From Pseudomonadota bacterium (GTDB taxonomy: Bacteria > Bdellovibrionota_B > Oligoflexia > Oligoflexales > CAIMVM01): a stretch of 22,201 nucleotides of DNA. Shown piece by piece: positions 8,484 to 18,255 of this stretch; within the stretch, counting starts at the first letter, position 1, and the number at the start of each line of letters is the position of its first letter. The translations under genes were made by a program, and so were the position numbers. The stretch lies in NCBI GenBank assembly GCA_037142195.1, contig JBAXBA010000062.1:1-22201 (forward strand). Direction: 5' to 3'. The notes beneath the pieces are model-generated. The model was given only the letters and a program-made list of their open reading frames with translations, did not search any database and was not told where the DNA came from.

Positions 8484-8508
8484 AAAACTTCTGTTAGAGG
8501 TTTTTTTT
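8484..8508 (+). terminator. Possible intrinsic terminator between convergent genes
   Basis: AAAACTTCT-GTT-AGAGGTTTT hairpin running into a T8 tract; weak stem. Confidence 0.35.
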
Positions 8509-8536
8509 ATCACAGATGTCTTGAGGAACTCGCCTC

Positions 8537-9394
8537 CTAGAATCGAATGACCTTGCGGGATTCAATTCCGTCTATTGCGGATCTAAACTTAAGTGTTGGT
8601 TTTTTGAAAATCTCTGCGATGTTGTCAATCAGGTGATGACGTGACCGGATGGAGGTTTCGTCGGGATTGAGATCAATTTCAAAAGAAGGTTTCGTCGTGT
8701 CCTTCGGTATAAAAGTTAGAGCAAGATCGGTTTTAGAAAGATTGGAAACGTGACATAGAAAAACATCTTCGAAATCATCCCAATTGTAACTAAAAGTTTT
8801 GATTCGCGTGGAAACAGAAATACCAGATCTGTCTAATTTAAGACAATGCATTGTGGTTAAATAGGCTTTGGCAACCCAAATCATCGGCAGGAGAACGACT
8901 GCTAAAAATCCGGTGATTAAAAACTCTGGTTTAGCGAGTGCTTGAACTTGAGAAATTGCTATGTTGGTAAAAAACGTAAAGGAAAGACTTCCTATAAGGC
9001 CAAAGATCATGGGCTTTAGAAGGCCTCTCTGGTAAGTGAGGTATTTAAAGCCGCCTCCAGGTAGCTGGTCCGTAAAATACCGGTGTTCTTGTTCTTCAAG
9101 ATGGCGAGTTTGAAGCCAAGAGGTGGCATCTTGATCTTCCGTATCTACTTTTAGGATTCGAAGCCAAGTTTCTAGCTCTTCTTCGAATCGTCCTTGAGAG
9201 GATAGAATGTAAGCTTTAAGCTTGAGAGCATCTGTGTTCTTCGGCCCTAAAGCTAAAAGCTGCTCTAAAGCATCCTCAGCTTCGTAGGTTTTGCCGGTTT
9301 CTATTAATTCATTGATTTGTTTTACATGCATCATGGAGATAGGATTCGGCATTCTCTCTGAAGTATTTAGATTTTCTGTTTGGAGACAGGACAT
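8537..9394 (-). CDS. TPR-containing membrane protein (hypothetical)
   Basis: N-terminal TPR-like helices (EAEDALEQLLALGPKNTDALKLKAYILSSQGRFEE), two hydrophobic segments and a beta-rich C-terminus. The true start may be a downstream Met. Confidence 0.7.
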   Translation of the reverse strand: MSCLQTENLNTSERMPNPISMMHVKQINELIETGKTYEAEDALEQLLALGPKNTDALKLKAYILSSQGRFEEELETWLRILKVDTEDQDATSWLQTRHLEEQEHRYFTDQLPGGGFKYLTYQRGLLKPMIFGLIGSLSFTFFTNIAISQVQALAKPEFLITGFLAVVLLPMIWVAKAYLTTMHCLKLDRSGISVSTRIKTFSYNWDDFEDVFLCHVSNLSKTDLALTFIPKDTTKPSFEIDLNPDETSIRSRHHLIDNIAEIFKKPTLKFRSAIDGIESRKVIRF

Positions 9395-9528
9395 AATCCC
9401 CAGGATTTATCTTGGATTCTGAGGGCTTGTCCTGGTCTGCTGAGTCGAACAATAAATGATGATTTCTCTAGGAAAGGTCCTGATTCTCTGGCAGGCTTTT
9501 AGCAACTTAAAAAATACCTGGAGGTTCC

Positions 9529-10755
9529 ATGATCAGAAGTGACTCAGGGAAGAGAGTCTTTAGTTTACTTGGCTTGTTTTCCATTTCGATAGTGGGGTTT
9601 GTCTTAGCGACCCAGGCTTCATCGGAGGTTCTTTATAAAGTCCACTTCAAAGCTTCTAATTCAGACGAACGATCAGAAGTGGCTCGCTATGTCCATCCTG
9701 ATTATATGGATGAGACGACTGCCTACAGCATTGTGAGAGAAGTCGATTTAAGAGCCACTTTACGCGGCATCCCTCAAAGAATATTAAAAATTGAGCCCAT
9801 GAGTGTTTGGACACCAGACTTAGGTGCTATTTCGGGAGATGTGAGATTCCCTAAAAAGGATGCTGCCTATCACACGCCTCTGCAAGTAGCAAAAGAGCTT
9901 ACTCGTCTAGCCGCGCTCCTGCCTGGGGAAAGCGAACTGCTGTCTTTAGGGAAGACTGCTGAAGGAAATGAAATTTTGGGAATTCGTCTTGCAGGCGATC
10001 TCTCGAGGTCAGACACCAACAGTCTCATGATTTTGGGCACCCATCATGCCAGGGAACATATTTCCACGGAAGTTCCCTTGCTTTTTGTGAAGTATGTCAT
10101 CGAGAAACTAAATCCCCAAGAAAGAACGGCATTTTTAAAAGGTAAAGACATCTACATTTTTCCAACCTTGAATGTGGATGGAGTCAATTATGATTTAGAG
10201 GGCGGAAAATACAAGTATTGGCGTAAAAATCGCCGGGATTTAGGCGGTGAGTTTGGCGTGGACCTTAACCGTAACTATTCTGTCTATTGGGAAACTGGCG
10301 GAAATTCCACCTCCCCGGGCAGTGATGTCTATCGTGGGCCATCTCCCTTCAGTGAACCTGAGACTCAAGCTGTAAAAGCTTTTGTGGAAGAACACACCAA
10401 TATTAAATCCATGATTTCGTTTCATTCCTTTTCCGAGGTCATTTTGTATCCTTGGGGAGGACTGAAGCAAGATCCGCCCGAGCAAGATCGAGGGACGTTC
10501 GAGTCCCTGGCAAAAGACATGTCCAAGTTTAACGGATATCGCTATGGACCCGCAGCCAAGGTGATGTATGTGGCGAGTGGCGAGACCTGCGATTGGGCCT
10601 ATAAAGAACACCAGATTTTTTGCTTTACGATTGAACTTTCCCCTAAAGGTGCCGCGGGGGGAGGGTTTTATCCAGGCCCTGATATCATCAAGCCGACCTT
10701 TGAAAAAAACCTTGGTGCCATTCAAGTATTAGCAGAGAGAACCATGGGGCTTTAA
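9529..10755 (+). CDS. Zinc carboxypeptidase, M14 family (carboxypeptidase T-like), secreted
   Basis: Signal peptide; HHAREH, WRKNRR, GVDLNRNY, GPSPFSEPET, SFHSF, DW and FTIEL motifs; GGAGG SD. Confidence 0.92.
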   Translation: MIRSDSGKRVFSLLGLFSISIVGFVLATQASSEVLYKVHFKASNSDERSEVARYVHPDYMDETTAYSIVREVDLRATLRGIPQRILKIEPMSVWTPDLGAISGDVRFPKKDAAYHTPLQVAKELTRLAALLPGESELLSLGKTAEGNEILGIRLAGDLSRSDTNSLMILGTHHAREHISTEVPLLFVKYVIEKLNPQERTAFLKGKDIYIFPTLNVDGVNYDLEGGKYKYWRKNRRDLGGEFGVDLNRNYSVYWETGGNSTSPGSDVYRGPSPFSEPETQAVKAFVEEHTNIKSMISFHSFSEVILYPWGGLKQDPPEQDRGTFESLAKDMSKFNGYRYGPAAKVMYVASGETCDWAYKEHQIFCFTIELSPKGAAGGGFYPGPDIIKPTFEKNLGAIQVLAERTMGL

Positions 10756-11672
10756 TGCATTTTGCAATTCTCACCGATGTGCATGCTAATTTAGGAGCCC
10801 TGCGGGCAGTGCTCCAAGATATGGATCGAGTGGCCCCTCAGGTGGAAATCTTCGACTTAGGGGACCTTCTAGATGGAGGCCCCTCTCCTGTCGAGGTTTT
10901 AGACTTGGCAAAGTCGCGGATTCATACTTTCATTCAAGGGAACCATGAGCTGTATCAAAGGGATTGCGCCAGCAATCCCCATTGGGAGCATCGAAAACAC
11001 AAACTTTGGCAATTGGTTCCTTTTGGTGTCGAAGCTCTTGGGGAAAATCTTCTCCCATTTTTAGCCCAGCAAAAGTTTAGTTATTCTCCCTCTCCTGGAA
11101 TCACCCTGCTTCACGCATCCCTGAGTACCTCAAGTCGAGTGCCTGATTTTTTTCCAGAGCAAGGGGGCTCGGGATTTGTACTTCCCAGTTGCCATGTCTT
11201 GAGGGCCAAGCAGTTTTATTTTATGGGGCATTCCCATCACCCTGGGGTGGGAAGAGATCCGGAGGGTCATGTTTGGATCAATTGCGGGAGTGTAGGGTAT
11301 CCGTTTCTGAGCTCTTCTCGGCCTGCGCCGATGAGCAACTGGGTGGAAGTCAAATCTTTGAATCCCATCGGGGACACCCTTCAACTCGAAGTGACCTTTC
11401 ATTTGGTGCCCTATGACCCCGAAACTCTCCTGTTAGAGTGGATAGAGTCAGGCGCTCTAGAAAAAGGCATCCCTTTTTCCTGGGCCATTTTAGGGCAAAG
11501 TCTATTTAATGAAGACATCACCTATCCGCTGTTTCGGCGTGGCAAAGGTCTCACCTCAAAAAAAATGGAACTCTTTTTTGAGCAAGAGCTAGAGCGATTG
11601 GCGGTCAAACAAAGGATTTTGTCCGCTATAAAATCGCCGGATTTGGCCTCTAAAGTGTCGCGTTTGGTCTAA
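10755..11672 (+). CDS. Calcineurin-like metallophosphoesterase
   Basis: TDVHAN, LGDLLD, QGNHE, HAS, GHSH and NCGSVG motifs; TAATG overlap with the upstream gene. Confidence 0.9.
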   Translation: MHFAILTDVHANLGALRAVLQDMDRVAPQVEIFDLGDLLDGGPSPVEVLDLAKSRIHTFIQGNHELYQRDCASNPHWEHRKHKLWQLVPFGVEALGENLLPFLAQQKFSYSPSPGITLLHASLSTSSRVPDFFPEQGGSGFVLPSCHVLRAKQFYFMGHSHHPGVGRDPEGHVWINCGSVGYPFLSSSRPAPMSNWVEVKSLNPIGDTLQLEVTFHLVPYDPETLLLEWIESGALEKGIPFSWAILGQSLFNEDITYPLFRRGKGLTSKKMELFFEQELERLAVKQRILSAIKSPDLASKVSRLV

Positions 11673-11821
11673 TTCTACTTTAACTTTATGCGCCCTACAG
11701 GCCAGAAAAGCCTTGTTTTTAAGCTCATAATACGTGGGTGATTGCGGGTACTTATTATCATTCTTTAGGAAAATTTAGCTGGAACCCCTCATTTTCCGAT
11801 CTCTTTCCTAGAGGTAAGAAA

Positions 11822-12997
11822 ATGAATGCCACGTCTAAAATAGGTCTGGTGGGCGGCGTCCTAGGGGTAGGTTTCTGTGTTTGGAGCCTTACTCCCTCCA
11901 GGCCTATGGAGGCGATGTCAGAGTACCGTCGATTTTATGCAGAAGAAGCTCAAGCGGTTTTCACGGGGGCCGGTCGTCCTTCAAATCGAACAAAGAACAG
12001 GGAAGGCTTAGATGCCTTTGACATCATTCAAGCCCTGGAAAGTCGCGAAAAGGAATGGATTCTTCTTTCACCTCTGTGTTCCGGTTATCCTTCCAAAGGT
12101 AAATGTGACGATGGCGATAGTGTTCTTTTTAATGGCTTGCTTTGTCACGCGGGATTGGAACTAGGCTGTGAAACCGTTCGGAAGTCCTTAAATACCAGAA
12201 CCGGCGAGTGGGTCAGAAGTCCAAGACGAGTCGATTATAGCCCTCTGGCCGATGAGGATGCCAAGTCCTTTAGCCGTGATCATATGCTTGGAATTTTACT
12301 CTACACTGCCAAGACCGGTGATTTTGAGTCCTATGATACATGGCGCCGGTGGATGAAAGAATCTCCCAAATGTCTCGTCCAGGTTTTGGGACGCTGTCTT
12401 ATGGAGTCTCAAGTGAGCCATCTTTGCAGAACGTTTGATTTTGGCTGTTTGTATCTTCCTGGGATAAACCGCTTATCGGACACTGTTTTGAGCTTAGCGG
12501 GAGGGCGCAATAAACAGTGGCGCATTGCCGAGGGCGGAAATCTTTCCACAGAATGGATTTTAAGGTTCGAACTTAAGATGACCTCTCCTGGTTATCCCCT
12601 TCACCTCAAGGCGGTGAGTCTTCTTCTACTTGGAAGCCTGGCTTATGACAAAGATTTTGTCTCGGAGCTCTCTCAAGACCTGGTGAAGCGTGATCCTCGC
12701 AACCTTTTTTTCCAATTTTTAGCCGACGACTCCACCTCGGGCGCAATCCGCCAAAGTCAATCCTTGCTAGACCAGTGTTCGGTATCTTTTCATAATTTGC
12801 GAAAACGTGACTCCACTCGCAATCAGTGGTCCTTTGAACGGGATTCCAGCGAGAAAGCCTGGCGCTCTTCTATGGGGTGGGACTGCGTCTTTTTGAATCG
12901 CATGCTGGTGGACCGATTGTCCTCAATGCTTTTCCATCCCGACCTCTCTGAGGATGAGGGCTCTAGTGAAACCCCAGAAGCGGAGCTCTCCCACTAG
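11822..12997 (+). CDS. Hypothetical exported or membrane-anchored Cys-containing protein
   Basis: Long ORF; ATG 11822 is preceded by GAGGT and followed by a hydrophobic segment; no family recognised with confidence. Confidence 0.7.
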   Translation: MNATSKIGLVGGVLGVGFCVWSLTPSRPMEAMSEYRRFYAEEAQAVFTGAGRPSNRTKNREGLDAFDIIQALESREKEWILLSPLCSGYPSKGKCDDGDSVLFNGLLCHAGLELGCETVRKSLNTRTGEWVRSPRRVDYSPLADEDAKSFSRDHMLGILLYTAKTGDFESYDTWRRWMKESPKCLVQVLGRCLMESQVSHLCRTFDFGCLYLPGINRLSDTVLSLAGGRNKQWRIAEGGNLSTEWILRFELKMTSPGYPLHLKAVSLLLLGSLAYDKDFVSELSQDLVKRDPRNLFFQFLADDSTSGAIRQSQSLLDQCSVSFHNLRKRDSTRNQWSFERDSSEKAWRSSMGWDCVFLNRMLVDRLSSMLFHPDLSEDEGSSETPEAELSH

Positions 12998-13158
12998 TGG
13001 GGGAGTGGGTAGAGGGCATTGCGTTTAATTTCCTTGGCGAGTAAAAGAGGGAAGGGCGCTTTTTTTATAATATCTCACTGCAAGTTTCAAAAAAAACTCC
13101 TTTTGTTTTTGTGAATGCAAAGATCTGAGGTAAAATTATGGACAAATAAAAGGGGTGT

Positions 13159-13665
13159 ATGATGAATTTCCAGGCGGCTATTCTTACTTATGGAGCTAAA
13201 GAGTCTGGGCAGGCTTTATCTTTAGTAGGCGGATACATCACAGGCTGCGGATTTCAAGTTTCTGAGCAAGTCGATGTCCCTTATGGAGACCTCGAAAATA
13301 CGTTAAGGTCCCTGAGTCATGTTGCGCTCATAGTGGTTGTCGGTGGAACTTTCTTGGGCCCCCAAGATGATGCGCCAGAGAGACTGCAAAACTGGTGCGA
13401 TCATGCGATTCCAGGCTTTGGGGAGCTTATGAGGTTTGAGACCGTTCAGGATGGATTTGGGACTTATCTGCAACGCGGCGGCGGCTGGCTTAAAGGAAAC
13501 ACCATAGCCGTAGCAGTGCCCGCCACGACAAAAGCAGCTCTCGATAACTTAAAAGTTTTAGGTCCCTTGTTGATGATGGCTGTGAAGGGCCTAAACTCCC
13601 GCGCTGTCCAAGGAAACGCAGAAGTGAGTTCTGAAGTGAGTTCTGAAGTGAGCACCGGTGGATAG
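13159..13665 (+). CDS. MogA/MoaB-like molybdopterin-binding domain protein (divergent)
   Basis: LIVVVGGTFLGPQDDAPE resembles TTGGTG..RDVTPE; IPGFGELMR; 168 aa. Confidence 0.7.
   Translation: MMNFQAAILTYGAKESGQALSLVGGYITGCGFQVSEQVDVPYGDLENTLRSLSHVALIVVVGGTFLGPQDDAPERLQNWCDHAIPGFGELMRFETVQDGFGTYLQRGGGWLKGNTIAVAVPATTKAALDNLKVLGPLLMMAVKGLNSRAVQGNAEVSSEVSSEVSTGG
13621..13652 (+). repeat. 12-bp in-frame tandem repeat (EVSS)
   Basis: GAAGTGAGTTCT twice, followed by GAAGTGAG. Confidence 0.85.
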
Positions 13666-13689
13666 TTGGGCTTGCCTGATGTTTTTTTT

Positions 13690-14781
13690 CTACTTGGAAG
13701 GCTCTTCTTCTAAATTCTTTTTGGGATCATCTTCTTCTCGTCCTGGAAATCCCACATAGACAAGCCTGATAAGATGGGCCGTAAATCCTCCCAGCTTAAT
13801 GTGAAGGCGATCGGTCTCTTGGAAGCCTTTGATGGTATGTAGAGCATCATCAAACGAATACCGCTTCACAACCACAAGCGTGAGCGAACCTCCGACTTTC
13901 AAAAGCCGCCGCGCTTGCGCCAGAAAAGTCAGGTAAAACTCAAAGTACTTTTTTTGCTTGGAAGTGCGGATTCCGTAAGGGGGATCGGTGACGATGGCAT
14001 CGATGCTGTGCCAAGGAAAGTGCTTAGACATTTCCAGAGAGTTGAGGCATCTCATGTCTGCGCCTTCGATTCCTTCTGCAGCCACATTTAACTGAGCCCC
14101 ATGGGCTGCCGCATCGTCGTAGTCAAAACCTATGAGTTTAAATGTTGGAGATAGCTTAGCGGCTTGTATCAGAGTGGTTCCTGATCCTAAAAAAGGATCC
14201 ATTAGGGTTCCGCCTAAAGGAATGTCAGCTAGAAGTAGCATGCTGTGGGCAAGATTCGACTTCATGGCGGTTACAGGGTGGTAGGGTTTGGGAGTGTTTT
14301 TTGAGAGGGAAAGAGGTGTGAGTTGAAGGCTTATGACTAAATGCTTCTTATGGACATCCACTCTTACCATATACTTGGGATCTTTAAGTTTCACAGGATA
14401 GGGAAATCTCTCTAAAATGACTTCAGCTACTTCCAGTTGTATGGTCTCGGAAGTAAAAGGAAGACTTTTATCTATACGCTTACACGTAACTCGCATCGAT
14501 CCTTCTAAATCAGATACTAACTCTGGAAACTCACAGACTTTCGCTGCCTCCCTAATCACTTCAAGAGTCCAAGGTGTTTCCGTCGTGACATCGTTTCTCA
14601 CACTTAAAATGTGATGGATCGTTTTCAATGTAAGCAGGGGAGAGAGTGTGGAAGACTCTACCTCTACATAACCAGGCGCAAGATCCCGAGTTCGCCGGCC
14701 CTCTAAATGGAGATTTTTAAGTTCTCTGATGACAAGCGGTTCCAAGCCTGAGTGGGTCGTAAGATGGTAAAGAGAGCTCAT
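13690..14781 (-). CDS. THUMP-domain RNA methyltransferase (TrmN/Trm14/Trm11-like)
   Basis: TTHSGLEPLVIREL N-terminus, THUMP region, MDPFLGSGT SAM motif and TDPPYG. Confidence 0.85.
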   Translation of the reverse strand: MSSLYHLTTHSGLEPLVIRELKNLHLEGRRTRDLAPGYVEVESSTLSPLLTLKTIHHILSVRNDVTTETPWTLEVIREAAKVCEFPELVSDLEGSMRVTCKRIDKSLPFTSETIQLEVAEVILERFPYPVKLKDPKYMVRVDVHKKHLVISLQLTPLSLSKNTPKPYHPVTAMKSNLAHSMLLLADIPLGGTLMDPFLGSGTTLIQAAKLSPTFKLIGFDYDDAAAHGAQLNVAAEGIEGADMRCLNSLEMSKHFPWHSIDAIVTDPPYGIRTSKQKKYFEFYLTFLAQARRLLKVGGSLTLVVVKRYSFDDALHTIKGFQETDRLHIKLGGFTAHLIRLVYVGFPGREEDDPKKNLEEEPSK

Positions 14782-15033
14782 AGAATCTCGATTTCTAAAG
14801 GTAAGCCCAGAAGTCCCTTAGGAAGCCTAGACCATTTTGGAAGCATTAAAGAAGGAAGGAACCTAAACGATTTGAGGGGGCGATTCCATGGTAATTTCAC
14901 CTTTTACCTTGGAAACGGCCTTTGCGCGTTTGAAAAACATCCCTTTGTGGAAGCGTAATATGCCGATACTAGGAGTGAAATAGCTCGCTTAAATCTCAGT
15001 TGGCAATCTTTCATGGGGGTGGTAGGGTCGCGC

Positions 15034-15059
15034 CGGTTATACTTGGCGGTTATACTTGG
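15034..15059 (+). repeat. 13-bp exact tandem duplication containing a -10-like TATACT
   Basis: CGGTTATACTTGG twice, ending 9 bp before ATG 15069. Confidence 0.8.
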
Positions 15060-15068
15060 GGTCGAACC

Positions 15069-17690
15069 ATGAGTTTCCATAAAGTTCCAGAAATACTTGC
15101 ACCTGCGGGAGGTCCCGCACAGTTCTTAGCAGCACTCAATAGTGGGGCTGATGCGGTATTCCTTGGTCTTAAGACTTTTAATGCAAGAGCTAGGGCACAA
15201 AACTTCGACATCGAAGACCTTGAGGTCTATGTTCCTCTCGCGCATCGCTATGGCATGAAGGTTTTAGTCACTCTTAATATTTTAATCAAAGAAAACGAGC
15301 TAAAGTCGCTTTTAAGTACTTTAGCCGATTTAGCTCGCGTGGAAGTTGATGGCGTCATTGTTCAAGACCTGGGCCTAATAAGACTTCTGCGGGAGTATTT
15401 TCCGAGTCTTCCCATACATGCCTCCACCCAGCTTGCCGTCCATAATCTCAGTGGCGTCAAAATGGCGAAAAAGCTTGGCGCCAAGCGCGTGGTTTTAGCT
15501 CGAGAGTTGACGGCCCAAGAAATAAAAAAAATACGCCAGGATCTTTCCGAGCATCCGGTAGAGCTTGAAGCCTTTTGTCATGGAAGTCTCTGTTACAGTT
15601 ATTCCGGTTTGTGTTTTTTTTCAGGTCAAGATGATGCCCGCTCCGGAAACCGCGGAGAGTGTGCCTATACGTGCCGCAAGCCCTATAAAATTTTAAACGA
15701 GCCGGGTGCGGGATTTCTTTTTTCCATGAAAGATCTCGAGACCGTAGATGATCTTAAAAGCTTCGTCGATGCCGGAATCGACACCCTTAAGATAGAAGGG
15801 CGTAAAAAAGACGCCCAATATGTCGCAACCGTGGTGAAAACCTATCGGGAAAAGCTTAATGAGTTAGCGTCTGAGTCCACCCTTCGTCCCTCTGCCCCAG
15901 AGCGCGCCAAAGCAGAATGGTCGGATCCAAGATCTCTCATGGCTTATTCCTTTCAAAGAGATAAAACGTCCCTATTTCTCAATGGCCGCTATCATGAAAA
16001 TGTCATAGATCTTGATAACCCTACCCACAAAGGCCAGCTTGTCGGCGCTATTGAGGCGGTAAAAGGGAGACGCATTTTTCTAAAGACGGTGGTAGACCTG
16101 GAAAAATATGATGGGATTCGCATCGATCCCAAAGAAAGCATTTACCATGCGGAGCCCCAACACGGCTCTACGTTCCAGGATCCTTCCTCACAACTCAAAA
16201 ACAAGTATTCCAATCAAACCCTACAATTTTCTCTTCGCGACCTGGCGATAGAGGGACAGTCCTGCTTTCAGGCTCCCGCTCAAAGCCTCGTCGAATTGTG
16301 GGTGCCTGAAGGTGGTCGTCTTGAAAAAGGGGATTTAGTTTATAAAACAAGATCTGCGAGCTTAAAAAACAAAGTCGAAGAACTGAGCCACGTTCCTGAT
16401 CGACTCAGAAAGTTGGTGCCGATTCAGGCAAGTCTGCACATGGCTTTGCTCGGTGAAAACTTGGAAGTAAAATTTACGGCTTTCAAAGGTGGCAGAACTG
16501 GCGAAGCTGGCAAAGAGATTTTTAGGGATCAGTTTATTGTTCCTGCGGTTCCCTCAAATAAAGGTGAGGGTGCCAGCACTCAGCTCCAAGAAGAATGGAA
16601 ACAGGAGCTCCACATATTTGGGGATCAAGGTCTTGAGATTACAGAGTTCGATTTTTCAGGAGACTTCTCTTGGTTTGTCCCAAGACGCCGGATCAAAGAG
16701 TTCAAATCAAAAATAGGGCCCCATATTGTGACTGCCCTTGCGGATTGGGGAAGTTCCTTAATTCATGGGGTCGAGTGGAATCCAAACATTTGCTTGGCTG
16801 ATGTTGCCCTCAAAGACAATCAGCAGCGTCTTACGGTTAAAATTGACAGGATGAGCTACCTTGAGCCCATTCAGCTGGCATTTGAAAATCTTAAAGCTAA
16901 AAATCTTCTGATACCCCATGAAATTTCCTTCGAGCCAAAGAGAGCTTTTTTAGGAAAAATCTCTCCTGAAGAACTTTTTGCCGACCTCACCCGGTGGACG
17001 GAAACGATGGGGGTGCGTCTTCGAGTCGCTCTTCCCACGGTCATTCGAGCTTGGGACGAGCCGCTTCTTAAGAGATGGCTCAAGGTGGCCTATGATTTAG
17101 GTGTGAGACGTTTTGAAGTAGGGAATATCGGGGCCATGCTTTTCTTAACGGATTTAGGTTTTCAAGACATCGATCTCGCAAGCGATTTTACCCTCTATGC
17201 TTTAAATCAATTTGCGACGAAGGAGCTTAAAAGTCTTTCCGTAAGCCGGTATGCCCTGAGTCTTGAAAATGATAAAGCAAGCCTAGAAACTCAGCTGAAG
17301 AGTTCTCAGATTTCTGGCATCGAACCCGAACTGATTTTATATAAAGACACCCCTCTTTTTATAGCAGAAAGTTGCAGCTTAACCGCTCTTCACGGTGGAT
17401 GTCCTACGGCAAAAGTTTGTGGATACAGAACACTCGATATCGTCAATGACGAAGGAGAGGAATTTCAGGTCATCCATGAAAGCTGCAAGTCAGTAGTCAT
17501 CGGAAAAAACGCATTTTCTATCTCTGAAGAGAGACCTTGGGCGGCAGTGTCTGGGATTAAGTATGTGAGAGCCGATTTTTTATCTAGGTCCTACAGCCCT
17601 GAAGAGATCGACTCTGTTCTAAAATCCATTGGGGATTCGGCAATCATCCCATCAACCCACCCAGGCAACCATTTTAGAACTCTCTTGTAA
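15069..17690 (+). CDS. U32-family protein, probable Fe-S RNA hydroxylase (RlhA-like)
   Basis: PEILAPAG, GADAVFLG, HASTQ, LAREL, FCHGSLCYSYSGLC, RSGNRGECAYTCR and LKIEGR, with a degenerate second U32-like C-terminal region. ATG 15069 is preferred over TTG 15000. Confidence 0.88.
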   Translation: MSFHKVPEILAPAGGPAQFLAALNSGADAVFLGLKTFNARARAQNFDIEDLEVYVPLAHRYGMKVLVTLNILIKENELKSLLSTLADLARVEVDGVIVQDLGLIRLLREYFPSLPIHASTQLAVHNLSGVKMAKKLGAKRVVLARELTAQEIKKIRQDLSEHPVELEAFCHGSLCYSYSGLCFFSGQDDARSGNRGECAYTCRKPYKILNEPGAGFLFSMKDLETVDDLKSFVDAGIDTLKIEGRKKDAQYVATVVKTYREKLNELASESTLRPSAPERAKAEWSDPRSLMAYSFQRDKTSLFLNGRYHENVIDLDNPTHKGQLVGAIEAVKGRRIFLKTVVDLEKYDGIRIDPKESIYHAEPQHGSTFQDPSSQLKNKYSNQTLQFSLRDLAIEGQSCFQAPAQSLVELWVPEGGRLEKGDLVYKTRSASLKNKVEELSHVPDRLRKLVPIQASLHMALLGENLEVKFTAFKGGRTGEAGKEIFRDQFIVPAVPSNKGEGASTQLQEEWKQELHIFGDQGLEITEFDFSGDFSWFVPRRRIKEFKSKIGPHIVTALADWGSSLIHGVEWNPNICLADVALKDNQQRLTVKIDRMSYLEPIQLAFENLKAKNLLIPHEISFEPKRAFLGKISPEELFADLTRWTETMGVRLRVALPTVIRAWDEPLLKRWLKVAYDLGVRRFEVGNIGAMLFLTDLGFQDIDLASDFTLYALNQFATKELKSLSVSRYALSLENDKASLETQLKSSQISGIEPELILYKDTPLFIAESCSLTALHGGCPTAKVCGYRTLDIVNDEGEEFQVIHESCKSVVIGKNAFSISEERPWAAVSGIKYVRADFLSRSYSPEEIDSVLKSIGDSAIIPSTHPGNHFRTLL

Positions 17691-18166
17691 GTCGCTTATA
17701 AATCTCACTTCCGATCTTAGGTTCTCTTGCATAGTCTAGTCCGTAGAAACCTCTGCGCTTAAAAACTTTTGAATAGGAATTTTGATAGCTTCAATTCCCT
17801 GATACTTCGTTGCCCAACAAAATCCTCATTAAGGATACGGCCAACAAAGAATCGGCAAGGGAATCCTTTTGTGCAGCTTAAAAGATCTTTTTAGATTTGG
17901 TTCTTCTCCTTTCGTAGAGGGTCCTGAGACTTTTATTCAGCAGGAATGGTGGTATGGCGCAGCGGCATCGAATAGGGCTTGTTTTACAAATTTTGTTGTT
18001 GCCAGATTTCTAGATCGGTGGATGGCCATTCATGGCGCCAATTTTTAAATCGTTCTGGATCGAGCATAGGCAAGCGGGGTGTAATTTTCTGGATGAGTTC
18101 TCTACGAATGTATGTCCAACATAGATGCCTGACAATGGCGGTCATTGGGGAGCTTTGCTTAACACA

Positions 18167-18240
18167 CTGCGTCGGCTCAGAACAAGTTAGGAATTTGCCG
18201 CTGAATTTTCACTAAGATAACTTTGAAATGTCTTGAATAC
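18167..18240. repeat. 74-bp direct repeat, copy 1
   Basis: 70/74 identical to 19825-19898 (counted by hand). Confidence 0.95.
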
Positions 18241-18255
18241 TGGTCGGGCGATATT

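Noticed and set aside
17947..17966. GGTATGGCGCAGC as the missing 5' half of tRNA-Pro
   Set aside because: Short match; it does not pair fully with CACCCCG and lacks a D-loop continuation, so it could be chance.
17700..18160. Decayed minus-strand gene (MTAIVRHLCWTYIRRELIQK...)
   Set aside because: Protein-like but broken by several stops, with no identifiable family.
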